This document shows, piece by piece, positions 49,371 to 58,443 of a stretch of DNA of 62,308 nucleotides. The DNA comes from Sphingomonas sp. (lineage in GTDB: Bacteria; Pseudomonadota; Alphaproteobacteria; Sphingomonadales; Sphingomonadaceae). Under the pieces are notes generated by a model. It was not told the origin of the DNA. It did no database searches and saw nothing but the letters and a program-made list of their open reading frames with translations. The stretch covers positions 1 to 62,308 of the forward strand of contig JAICXO010000001.1 of the NCBI GenBank assembly GCA_025980335.1, in the 5' to 3' direction. The translations under genes and the position numbers were made by a program. Position 1 is the stretch's first letter, and each line of letters begins with the position of its first letter.

Positions 49371-49985
49371 GTGAACCCCGGCTTCCCATCCGCCTTGGTC
49401 CTGCTCGATTATTTCGGAATCGCGGTGTTCGCAGTCTCCGGCGCACTGCTCGCTGCCGAGAAGAAGCAGACGCTGGTCACGTTCATCTTCTTCGCCGTGA
49501 TCACGGGCGTCGGCGGGGGTACGTTGCGCGATCTGCTGATCGACGCGCCGGTTTTCTGGGTCCACAGCAACGGCACGCTGCTCATCTGCATCGCCGCCGC
49601 GCTTGCCGTGTGGCTGACGAGCCGCCGGCGGTTCGCGGGAAAGGCGCTGTTGTGGTTCGACGCTGCCGGGATCACCGCTTACGCAACGTACGGCGCCGCA
49701 AAGGCGCTTGGCTACGGCGTCGCGCCGGTACCGGCGTTCGCCATGGGCGTGCTGACCGCTTGCGTCGGCGGCATCATCCGCGACGTCCTCGCCGGCGAGC
49801 CGTCGATCCTCATGCGCCCCGAGCTGTACGTGACCGCAGCCGCTCTTTCGGCCGGGCTGTTCGTGGTGCTGGCGCTCGCCGGATCCGGCGTATGGATCGC
49901 GGCGGCGATCGCCATCGTCGCCGGATTCGCGCTGCGCAGTGCCGCGATCGCGCGCGGCTGGTCGCTTCCCGCCTATCGCGACTGA
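49371..49985 (+). CDS. UPF0126 / TRIC family membrane protein
   Basis: FAVSGA, TGVGGGTLRDLL, GGIIRDVL, ELYVTAA; GTG start inferred. Confidence 0.9.
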   Translation: MNPGFPSALVLLDYFGIAVFAVSGALLAAEKKQTLVTFIFFAVITGVGGGTLRDLLIDAPVFWVHSNGTLLICIAAALAVWLTSRRRFAGKALLWFDAAGITAYATYGAAKALGYGVAPVPAFAMGVLTACVGGIIRDVLAGEPSILMRPELYVTAAALSAGLFVVLALAGSGVWIAAAIAIVAGFALRSAAIARGWSLPAYRD

Positions 49986-49992
49986 GCCGCCG

Positions 49993-50403
49993 TTACTTCG
50001 CCCTTATCTCGGTGTGATAGGCTGTCAGCCAGCGTCGATGGTCACGGTGCCACAGCGACGCCACCCACAAATTATCGTGGATCGGCTTGTTTGCGACAAT
50101 CGCATGCAAATCGACTTCGTATGTCACGAGCACGTCATCGGGGTCGATCGCGTGGCTCTTCATTGCACTGAGACGATAATCGCGCAGCGCCACGCGATGG
50201 ACGTCCCGCATGTCCTTGGTGAGATCGCGCGGGCCGCGGGAGTAAAGCCCGACGTAGTCCTTCGAGAACAGCGCCTGAAACTGCGCCAGCTGGCCCGCCT
50301 TGAACAGCTGCCAGGTTTTTACTTCCAGCTGAGCCGGGCTCATCGGATTCGCCGAAGCACTGGTGGCGCCGATCACGGCCGCGGCGATCAGGATTGTGCG
50401 CAA
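49993..50403 (-). CDS. NTF2-like (DUF4440-type) exported protein
   Basis: GGAGGA RBS before TTG 50403; signal peptide; ASLWHR...YHTE. Confidence 0.7.
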   Translation of the reverse strand: MRTILIAAAVIGATSASANPMSPAQLEVKTWQLFKAGQLAQFQALFSKDYVGLYSRGPRDLTKDMRDVHRVALRDYRLSAMKSHAIDPDDVLVTYEVDLHAIVANKPIHDNLWVASLWHRDHRRWLTAYHTEIRAK

Positions 50404-50517
50404 CTGGTCCTCCATCGACACAGCAAGCGCCGCCACGAAGGCGATGCATCAGGGCAGCATAACCATTCCATTCGCCTGGAGAAGTGCCCGACTATTCAGC
50501 TCTCCGTAGTTTGGAAC

Positions 50518-50610
50518 GAGGGCGAAGGCTTCGTTCGAATCGCGCTCGTCGAAAACGAGCAGCGGCTTCGGCAGGCCGCGCGCGGCGTCAAAAAGATGCT
50601 TTCCGCCTGA
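50518..50610 (+). pseudogene. 3' fragment of an AlaC/LL-diaminopimelate-type class I aminotransferase
   Basis: EGEGFVRIALVENEQRLRQAARGVKKMLSA*; no upstream coding body. Confidence 0.75.
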
Positions 50611-50771
50611 CGGACAGAAATCAGGAAAAAATCAGGTTTCGTCCATGGCCGTGACCCAATCGGCCGCACTAACTTTGGGTAAATTAATGCATCACTGAAA
50701 AGGGTTTATCACTGCACAGTCGAATGCCGGATCGGGGCCCGGCCGTTTGCAACTGAAATTCTTCACGGACC

Positions 50772-50867
50772 TCACCGGTACCCGTCCAGTGCCACCGCCG
50801 CGGTGGTGACGGCACAATTCGTGCCGCCCTGGTGCGACGGTGACGCGACCGCTTTCGATGAAGGCGG
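50772..50867 (+). ncRNA. Candidate structured 5' leader RNA
   Basis: Closing stem plus two internal hairpins and a following hairpin; no family recognised. Confidence 0.35.
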
Positions 50868-50900
50868 AGTGACCATCCTGGATTCAATAGGGGGAACGCC

Positions 50901-52034
50901 ATGATCAAACGTCCAAGCCGCCGCTCATTGCTCGCCGCAAGCGCGCTCGCTGCACTTGCTGCGACCACCGCAATCCCGCCGAGCGCATCTGCCGCTCCCG
51001 TGGTCATCCGCGGGACTGCAACGCCCATGGTCGAGATTTACGCGACGGGGTTCAACAACCCGCGCGGCCTCAAGTTCGGGCCCGACGGCGCGCTCTACGT
51101 CGCCGAAGGCGGTCCCGGCGGAACGCACTCGACCGTCGGCCAGTGCACCCAGGTCCCGTCGCCGGTCGGCCCGTACACGGGCAACTCCACGGGCGGCCGA
51201 ATCTCGAGAGTGAGCAGCACCGGCGTTCGGACGACGGTTACCGACCGCTTCCCGTCGAGCGAGACCTCGGCCGGTGAAGGCAATCTCGTCAGCGGCGTTG
51301 CCGATATCGCCTGGATCGGTGGGACCATGTACGCCCTGACAGCCGGCAGCGGATGTTCGCACGGCGTGCCCAACTCGACCAACGGCGTTTTCCGGATCAG
51401 CGCGAATGGCGCCCCGGTGCTCGTCGCCGATCTAAGCGCATTCCAGAAGGCGCATCCCGTCGCTCACCCGAATGCTGGTGATTTCGAACCGGACGGCACC
51501 TGGTACAACATGGTCGCAGTCGGCACCAAGCTCTACGCGGTCGAGCCCAACCACGGCGAGATCGACTCGGTCGACGTGCGCGGCAACATCCGCAGGGTCG
51601 CGGACATCAGCGCGAGCCAGGGGCACATCGTCCCGACCACCATGGCTTACCACAACGGCGCCCTCTACGTCGGCAACCTCGGCGGATTTCCGATCGTGCC
51701 CGGCACCCAGAAGATCCTGATGGTGACCCCCACCGGATCGGTCAGCACGGTCAAGACGGGGCTGACGATGATTACCGGCGTCGCGTTCGACAATCTCGGC
51801 CGCATGTATGTGCTCGAGAATACGACGACCGCGGGGTTCCCGACGCCGGGCGAAGGCGACATCGTGCGAATCGTCGGATCGACCCGCCAGGTGATCGTCA
51901 GCGGCCTCGCGCTTCCGACGGCGATGACCTTCGGCCCCGACGGCGCGCTCTACGTTTCGAACCTCGGGTTCGGGCCGCCGCCGTCGCTTCCGAACGGCCC
52001 CGGCCAGGTCCTCCGCATCAGGATCAACGACTGA
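50901..52034 (+). CDS. ScyD/ScyE family beta-propeller protein, Tat-exported
   Basis: SRRSLL twin-arginine signal; GFNNPRGLKFGPDGALYVAEGG and PTAMTFGPDGALYVSNLG repeats. Confidence 0.85.
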   Translation: MIKRPSRRSLLAASALAALAATTAIPPSASAAPVVIRGTATPMVEIYATGFNNPRGLKFGPDGALYVAEGGPGGTHSTVGQCTQVPSPVGPYTGNSTGGRISRVSSTGVRTTVTDRFPSSETSAGEGNLVSGVADIAWIGGTMYALTAGSGCSHGVPNSTNGVFRISANGAPVLVADLSAFQKAHPVAHPNAGDFEPDGTWYNMVAVGTKLYAVEPNHGEIDSVDVRGNIRRVADISASQGHIVPTTMAYHNGALYVGNLGGFPIVPGTQKILMVTPTGSVSTVKTGLTMITGVAFDNLGRMYVLENTTTAGFPTPGEGDIVRIVGSTRQVIVSGLALPTAMTFGPDGALYVSNLGFGPPPSLPNGPGQVLRIRIND

Positions 52035-52041
52035 AGCTTCA

Positions 52042-52836
52042 TCAGAAGCGGACGGAGACTCCCCCGTACAGCTCCACGTCCGGCGTGACCCGGTTCAGAC
52101 CGAAATTCGCGCCGGCGTCGAGCTGTATGTCGTTGCTGAGCAGGTAAGCTGCAGCCGCGTCGGCGCTCGATTGCCGCGTCGTGCCCGCCGGATCCCAGTC
52201 CCACTGCGTCCACAGCTCGGCCGATAGGTTGAGCTTCTCGCTTGCCTGCCAGCCGAGGCTCGCGACCTGGGTCATTGCCACATGGTGCCCCTGCCCGTTG
52301 GCGTCCGCGACCCAGTCGAGCTCCGGCGTCAGCGCGATTGAGAGCGGCGTCTTCGGGATCGAATAGCCGATCGGGACGAGCAGCCCGCCTTCCCACTTTC
52401 CGTTGCCGAGCGAGTGCGGCGCGGTCGGCGCCTTCACGAACGGGATCGCGCTCAGCTGCACCGGCGCATCGGCCGCGGTCAGCCGCTGCTTGTAGAGAAT
52501 CTCGAGGTCGCCGATACCGCTGGCGCTGTCGTGGAACCCCGCGCCGCGGCTGCTAGCCCGCTGCCAGGGAGTCACATCCACTTCGATGTCCGAGGAACCG
52601 GTCACGCCATATTTGACCGTGGTCTCGCCGATGACGAGCGACGTGTCGCGCTCGCCTGCGTCCTTCTGAAGCGTCCAGTCTGCGAGGCCCATCTCGATCT
52701 GCCAATGGCCAAGCGGCACCGTGCAGGTCGATGTCGCCTTGCCGGGCCGGTCGGCGCAAATCGGCTGCTCGTCCGCAATGGCGACGGTCGAAACGCCTGC
52801 CAGCACGGCTCCAATCAGAAAAGCTCGCCCCCGCAT
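52042..52836 (-). CDS. Outer-membrane beta-barrel 'transporter' (MetA-pathway-like)
   Basis: Signal peptide; ICADRPG...TCTVP; LDAGANFGLN; C-terminal GVSVRF. Confidence 0.85.
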   Translation of the reverse strand: MRGRAFLIGAVLAGVSTVAIADEQPICADRPGKATSTCTVPLGHWQIEMGLADWTLQKDAGERDTSLVIGETTVKYGVTGSSDIEVDVTPWQRASSRGAGFHDSASGIGDLEILYKQRLTAADAPVQLSAIPFVKAPTAPHSLGNGKWEGGLLVPIGYSIPKTPLSIALTPELDWVADANGQGHHVAMTQVASLGWQASEKLNLSAELWTQWDWDPAGTTRQSSADAAAAYLLSNDIQLDAGANFGLNRVTPDVELYGGVSVRF

Positions 52837-52974
52837 GCCCCGTCATTGCGCGAGCGAAACGCCGCCGTCGAGTAATAATCATACACGAAACCTGATGCCC
52901 ACCTGACCACTCCAATGTCGAACATCGGGGCTGTCGGGCTGGAACAGCGCGCACCCGACGAGTAGGGGCCGGAC

Positions 52975-53337
52975 ATGCCGCGTTCGCCGCGTTTTCTGAC
53001 GATCGTCCTCTTCGCCATGGCGCTGGCGCTGCGGGCGTGGGTGCCCGGCGGCTGGATGCCGACGCCCGGCGCCCACGATTTCTCGATCATGCCATGTCCG
53101 GCGGCGAATGCGGCGCCGATGAAGATGATGCATGGCTCTCGCGACCAGGATCATTCCGGTGCCGGCGATTGTTTCTCGCCGCTCATGGCCGGGCTGGCGC
53201 TTCCCGAGCCGCCGCCGACCATTGCCGCCCCCTCTCCGCCTCCGGCGACTGCGCTTGTTTCGCTCGCGCCGGCCGCCTTTGCACGAGCGCTGCCGCTGCC
53301 CCGCCCGTTCTCCACAGGACCGCCCGAACTCGCCTGA
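52975..53337 (+). CDS. DUF2946-like leader protein (CruR/CutF-like)
   Basis: N-terminal hydrophobic segment, VPGGWMP, two Cys, Met/His linker, Pro-rich tail ending RPFSTGPPELA. Confidence 0.75.
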   Translation: MPRSPRFLTIVLFAMALALRAWVPGGWMPTPGAHDFSIMPCPAANAAPMKMMHGSRDQDHSGAGDCFSPLMAGLALPEPPPTIAAPSPPPATALVSLAPAAFARALPLPRPFSTGPPELA

Positions 53338-53372
53338 TCCGTTCCTCGACAATCTCATCAGGCGATTCATCA

Positions 53373-55592
53373 ATGTCAGCAATCGACGCGCCGCCGCTCG
53401 CGCAGGCGCCCGCCATCGTCGTGGTCGGCACACGCGAGGCCGCGCAGCACACCCCCAATACGGAAGAAAGCATCGACGCAGCCGGCCTGCGCGCAACGAT
53501 CAACGTCCACAACAGCGAGGATGCGCTCCGCTATTTCCCCAGCCTGTTCGTCCGAAAGCGCCACATCGGCGACACGCAGGCACCGCTCGCGACCCGCACT
53601 TCCGGCGTCGGTTCCAGCGCGCGAAGCCTGATCTACGCCGACGGAATCCTGCTTTCGGCGCTGATCGGCAACAACAACAGCCTCGCGTCGCCGCGTTGGG
53701 GCATGGTTTCACCCGAAGAAATCGAGAAGGTCGACGTTCTCTACGGCCCGTTTTCGGCGCAGTATCCCGGCAACTCGATCGGCGCGGTAGTCAACATCAC
53801 CACGCGGATGCCCGACAAGCTCGAGGCTTCCGCCACGACCGCCGTCAGCCTTCAGCAATTCGACCAGTACGGCACCCACGGCGGCTATCCCGCCTACCAG
53901 GCCGCCGCGACGCTCGGCGACCGCGCCGGCCCGCTCTCGTGGTTTCTCTCGGTCAATCACGTCGACAGCCGCAGCCAGCCGCTCGCTTATGTGACGGTCG
54001 CGCGGCCCTCGGCTGAATCGCCGACGGGAATTCCGGTCAGCGGCGCCGTGCCGGGCCTCAACCGCACCGGGCAGCCGATCGACGTCATCGGCGCCGGCGG
54101 GTTCGAGCACCAGCGGCAGGACAATCTCGAGCTCAAGCTCGGGCTCGACCTCGCGCCGGCGCTTCGGCTCAGCTGGCGAACCGGCCTGTTCGTCAACGAC
54201 ACCGCAAGCCGCGCCCAGACCTATCTGACCGACCCGGAGCGCCGGCACGTGTTCTCCGGGCCGGTGAACATCGATGAACGTGCCGTCTCGATTCCGGCGA
54301 GCGCCTTTTCCAATCAGGTCTACACGCTCGACGAGCGGCACTGGATGCACGCGCTGACGCTGGCGCACGACGGGTCGCAATTCTTCTGGTCGATCATCGC
54401 CTCGATGTACGATTATGCGAAGGACGATCAGCGCATCCCGTCGATCGCACTGCCGAGCGCGAAAGACGGTGGGCCCGGCTCGATCGTCCGGATGAACGGG
54501 ACCGGCTGGCGAACACTGGATTTCCATGTTTTCACCAAATCCGTTGCCGGGCATGAGCTTCATGGGGGAGCCCATTACGACGGCTTCACGCTCGAAAACC
54601 GCCGCTTCGCCACGGACGATTGGCTCGACGGCGCCGCCGGAAGCCTGTTGCAGGCGGCCCGCGGACACACCCGCACGCTCGCGCTGTGGGCCGAGGACGA
54701 CTGGAGCGTCGCGCCAAGGTGGATGCTGACGCTCGGTGCGCGCTACGAATGGTGGAAAGCCTTTGGCGGCCGCAATTTCTCCGCCTCCCCGCCGCTCGAC
54801 GTCGACCAGCCGAGCCGAACGGCGGCAGGATTGTCGCCCAAGGTTTCGCTGCGCTGGCAGCCGTCGCGCAGATGGACCGTGACTCTCTCGGGAGGCCGCG
54901 CGCTGCGCTTTCCGACGGTCAGCGAACTCTACCAGGCAATCTCGACCGGTCCGACCATCACCGTGCCCAATCCCGACCTCAGCCCGGAAAAGGCGATGTC
55001 GGCGGAACTGGCGATCGAGCGCCGAATCGACGACGGACGCATCCGCCTGTCCTTCTTCCATGAAAGCATCCGCGATGCGCTGGTGTCGCAATCCGCGCCA
55101 CTCGCCCCCGGATCGACCAGCCTGTTCAACTTCGTCCAGAACATCGGACGCACGCGCACCAACGGCGTCGAGCTGGTGGTCGACAAGCGCAACCTGCTGC
55201 CGCGCGTTGATCTGTCGGGCAGCGTCACGCTCGCCGATCCCAGGACCGTGTCGGACCCGGTCTTTCCGACGGCCGAGGGCAAGCTGATCCCGCAGGTCCC
55301 GCGGCGCAAGGCGACTCTCGTCGCCACCTGGCGTCCCGACGATCGCCTGTCGCTGACCGCCGCGGCTCGCTACTCGAGCCGGATGTTCGGGACGATCGAC
55401 AACAGCGACGTGGTCGGACACACATGGCAGGGCTTCGAAGGCTATTTCGTCGCCGACGCGCGCGCGACCTATCAGCTGTCGCCGCGCTGGAGCATCGCGG
55501 TCGGAGTCGAGAACCTCACCGACAGACGCTACTTCCTGTTCCACCCGTTTCCCGGCCGGACGTTCACGGCCGAGCTGCACTGGAACTTGTGA
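53373..55592 (+). CDS. TonB-dependent receptor (probable metal/copper uptake)
   Basis: TonB-box-like IVVVG, plug motif IEKVDVLYGPFSA, NPDLSPE, GVENLTD...PGRTF. Confidence 0.93.
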   Translation: MSAIDAPPLAQAPAIVVVGTREAAQHTPNTEESIDAAGLRATINVHNSEDALRYFPSLFVRKRHIGDTQAPLATRTSGVGSSARSLIYADGILLSALIGNNNSLASPRWGMVSPEEIEKVDVLYGPFSAQYPGNSIGAVVNITTRMPDKLEASATTAVSLQQFDQYGTHGGYPAYQAAATLGDRAGPLSWFLSVNHVDSRSQPLAYVTVARPSAESPTGIPVSGAVPGLNRTGQPIDVIGAGGFEHQRQDNLELKLGLDLAPALRLSWRTGLFVNDTASRAQTYLTDPERRHVFSGPVNIDERAVSIPASAFSNQVYTLDERHWMHALTLAHDGSQFFWSIIASMYDYAKDDQRIPSIALPSAKDGGPGSIVRMNGTGWRTLDFHVFTKSVAGHELHGGAHYDGFTLENRRFATDDWLDGAAGSLLQAARGHTRTLALWAEDDWSVAPRWMLTLGARYEWWKAFGGRNFSASPPLDVDQPSRTAAGLSPKVSLRWQPSRRWTVTLSGGRALRFPTVSELYQAISTGPTITVPNPDLSPEKAMSAELAIERRIDDGRIRLSFFHESIRDALVSQSAPLAPGSTSLFNFVQNIGRTRTNGVELVVDKRNLLPRVDLSGSVTLADPRTVSDPVFPTAEGKLIPQVPRRKATLVATWRPDDRLSLTAAARYSSRMFGTIDNSDVVGHTWQGFEGYFVADARATYQLSPRWSIAVGVENLTDRRYFLFHPFPGRTFTAELHWNL

Positions 55593-55593
55593 C

Positions 55594-56043
55594 ATGACCC
55601 TTTTGAAATCCGCGATTGCGGCTGCGCTGCTCTCCGCTTCAACCAGCGCGATCGGGCACATCACCGTTTGGCCGAAAACGAGTCAGGCAGGAGCGCACGA
55701 AAAGTATGAAGTCCGCGTGCCCAATGAGAAGCAGTCGGACACGATCAGCATCGAGCTTCATTTCCCGGCCGGCCTTCGCGTCATGTCGTTCGAGCAAAAG
55801 CCGGGGTGGCTGACCGAGGCGATCCGCGATTCGTCGGGCACGATCGTCGGCGTTCGCTGGAGCGGCCGTCTTGCCCCGCAGGAGTTCACCGAGTTCGGCC
55901 TCCTCGCCGTCAATCCGGCAAAGACCGACCTCGCGTGGCCCGCGATCCAGAGGTTCGCCGACGGCTCACGCGTCGATTGGTCCGGCGGTGCAGGTTCGAA
56001 GACCCCCGCTCCGCATGTGACGCTCACGCCGGGAACTGACTAA
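55594..56043 (+). CDS. YcnI/DUF1775 copper-binding periplasmic protein
   Basis: Signal peptide AIG|H giving N-terminal His; RVPNE, KPGW, VDW...PAP. Confidence 0.85.
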   Translation: MTLLKSAIAAALLSASTSAIGHITVWPKTSQAGAHEKYEVRVPNEKQSDTISIELHFPAGLRVMSFEQKPGWLTEAIRDSSGTIVGVRWSGRLAPQEFTEFGLLAVNPAKTDLAWPAIQRFADGSRVDWSGGAGSKTPAPHVTLTPGTD

Positions 56044-56143
56044 CGCCCGCACTCGCCCTTATCGCCGCCGCTTCGCGCGCGTGCCGCTGCAGATTGCCCG
56101 CGGACCGCCGCCGAATCCGACCTCTCGTTTGCCTGTCAGGCGC

Positions 56144-56716
56144 CTATCTCAAGACGGGATAGTAGATGACTGCATAGGTGATCGTCTCACTCAGCAGGAC
56201 CGCAGGTGCGAGAATCTGCATCCATTTGCTCTTCACCAGCAGCGGCAAGGTTGCGGGAATCAGAAGCGTGATGACGAGATTGTTCTCGTTCGCCCAGTTC
56301 TGGCTGTTCAGCTCAACCCCGGCGAGAAAGTTCTCCACGATCGAGACCAGGATCAGGACCACCGTGGCCGCCATGTAGGTCGGTCCCTCGCACGCATGGA
56401 AGCGCTTCATGTCGTAGGTCTCGCCGCCCTCGAAATCAGGGCTCACCAGCGCGCACACGAAATAATTGATGACGACGAAAACGAACCCGCTCGCAATCGT
56501 TCCCAACGAAAGACTACGCTCGGTTCGAAAATCCCACTGGCTGATCCAGTTTACGGCGAGGTTCGCCATCGCAACCAGCATCCACAGGAACTGGGGCCAG
56601 GAGAAAACGAGTTGACGCCGGTAACGGATCATCCGCGTCCACGCGAACAGCAGGTGCGTCAGCGCCAGCGTGTAGATGAACGAGAAAAACAGGATGATGA
56701 ATTCGAACGGCCCCAC
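56144..56716 (-). CDS. Hypothetical multi-TM membrane protein
   Basis: MGPFEFIILFFSFIYTLALTHLL; several TM segments; lower GC than flanks by eye. Confidence 0.75.
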   Translation of the reverse strand: MGPFEFIILFFSFIYTLALTHLLFAWTRMIRYRRQLVFSWPQFLWMLVAMANLAVNWISQWDFRTERSLSLGTIASGFVFVVINYFVCALVSPDFEGGETYDMKRFHACEGPTYMAATVVLILVSIVENFLAGVELNSQNWANENNLVITLLIPATLPLLVKSKWMQILAPAVLLSETITYAVIYYPVLR

Positions 56717-56760
56717 CAGCCGATGCTAACACAAGCATCGGCCGCCGCAATTCGCCCGAG

Positions 56761-58443
56761 CTAGCGACCGCGCTCGGCCTTCCCGCTGCCCTGCGGCCGT
56801 GCTCCGGCGGACTGCGCGCGCACCTTTGCGAACTCCGACGTCGGGTTCCACTGCGGCCACTCGCGGCTGTTCGCGAGGCGGTTGCCGATCGCGTAGAACA
56901 GCTCGGCCTCCTGCGCGGCGCCCTTCAGATTCCAGGTCGGCGCCCAGGCATCGCAGGTCTGGTGGTAGCAATGGGCGGTGAAATCATCGAGCCAGCGCTC
57001 GCCCGCCGGACGGCCGCCGTCGACCATGTCGTAGGCGCCGGCGAGCGCCATATCGAGGAGCACAGGAACCCCGCGCTTGGCGAAGGAGAAATGGTCGGCG
57101 CGATAGAACAGGCCGCGCTCGGGATGGTTTTCCGGAGTCACGTAGCGGCCCTGCGCCTTTGCGGCATCGGCGAACAGCCGCTCCATGTCGCTGCTTTGCC
57201 CGCGGCCGACCAGCACGGCATCCTTGACCGGCCCGTTCCACTGCAACGTGTCGAAGGTGAGGTTCGCGACCATCGTTTCCATCGGGAACAGCGGGTGCTC
57301 GGCATAATATTCCGAGCCGAGCAGGCCGCGCTCTTCACCCGTCCAGGCGGCGAAGACGAGCGTCCGCTGTGGTCTCGGTCCTGACGCGAACAGCCGCGCG
57401 TCCTCGAGCATCGCCGCAAGCCCCAGCGCGTCGTCGGCGGCGCCGGGCCGGATCGTGCGCCCCTGCGCGTCGGGCGGTCCGATCCCGTATGCGTCCCAGT
57501 GGCCGCTGTAGCTGACGGTTTCGTTCGGATAGGTCGTGCCGGTGAGCTTGCCGATCACGTTGTGGCTTGTGATGTGCGCGACGGTGACCGGAATGTCGGC
57601 CGAGAATGTGGCCTTGAGGTCGATCGGCTGGAACGCGGCGGTCCGCGCCTGGCGCTTGACCGCGTCGTAATCGTAACCCGCGCGATTGAGCAGCGCCGCC
57701 GCCGCATCGCGCTGGATCCAGCCTTGCAGGAGCACCGGTTGCGGGGCGTCGGCCGGGAGCGCGATCGCGTAATTTTCGCCGGCGGGGCTTTTGACCACCG
57801 TCCACGGATAGCCCGCAGCATCCGTCTCGTGGACGACCAGCGCCGCAATTGCACCGCGGCGCGCCGCTTCCTCATATTTGTAGGTCCAGCGGCCATAGTA
57901 GGTCATGGTCTTGCCGCCGAACTTGCCCGCGACCGGCTCGCCCGGCCCAGCCTCGAAATCGGGGTCGTTGACCAGCATCACGGCGACCTTGCCCTTCAGG
58001 TCGACGCCTTTGAAATCGTCCCAGCCGCGCTCGGGGGCGGTCACGCCGTAGCCGACGAACACCATCGGCGCGTTCTCGATTTTGATGCGGTCGACGGGCC
58101 TCACGGTGCCGAGATAGACCTCGTTCGGGAAGTTGAGCGGGATCGTCTGCCCGCTTTGGGTCACCGAGACATCGACCGGCGCCTTGAGCTGGGTGTGGAT
58201 CATGGGCACGGTCTGGGTCCAGCCGCCGTTCTCCCCAGCAGGCTCGAGCCCCGCCGCCTTGAACTGATCGATCAAGTAGGGGATCGTCTTCTCCTCGCCG
58301 GGCGTGCCGGGCGCGCGGCCCTGGAAGGCGTCGGACGCGAGGACCTTCGTCACGTCGCTCATCCGCTCGTTGCTGACCTGCGGAGCCGGCGCGGCCCCGA
58401 TCGTCAGAAACGCGAGCAAGGCGGGGAACAGGACTGCTTTCAT
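56761..58443 (-). CDS. M28 family aminopeptidase with PA domain
   Basis: LASDAFQGRAPG, GHWD, GAADD, GEERGLLGS, RADH, YHQ. Confidence 0.93.
   Translation of the reverse strand: MKAVLFPALLAFLTIGAAPAPQVSNERMSDVTKVLASDAFQGRAPGTPGEEKTIPYLIDQFKAAGLEPAGENGGWTQTVPMIHTQLKAPVDVSVTQSGQTIPLNFPNEVYLGTVRPVDRIKIENAPMVFVGYGVTAPERGWDDFKGVDLKGKVAVMLVNDPDFEAGPGEPVAGKFGGKTMTYYGRWTYKYEEAARRGAIAALVVHETDAAGYPWTVVKSPAGENYAIALPADAPQPVLLQGWIQRDAAAALLNRAGYDYDAVKRQARTAAFQPIDLKATFSADIPVTVAHITSHNVIGKLTGTTYPNETVSYSGHWDAYGIGPPDAQGRTIRPGAADDALGLAAMLEDARLFASGPRPQRTLVFAAWTGEERGLLGSEYYAEHPLFPMETMVANLTFDTLQWNGPVKDAVLVGRGQSSDMERLFADAAKAQGRYVTPENHPERGLFYRADHFSFAKRGVPVLLDMALAGAYDMVDGGRPAGERWLDDFTAHCYHQTCDAWAPTWNLKGAAQEAELFYAIGNRLANSREWPQWNPTSEFAKVRAQSAGARPQGSGKAERGR

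Noticed and set aside
56045-56130. ARGPP motif (VPLQIARGPPPNP) after the YcnI gene, suggesting a second DUF2946 arrest tail
   Set aside because: No N-terminal DUF2946 body, no nearby stop and no co-oriented downstream gene; chance occurrence is plausible in GC-rich DNA
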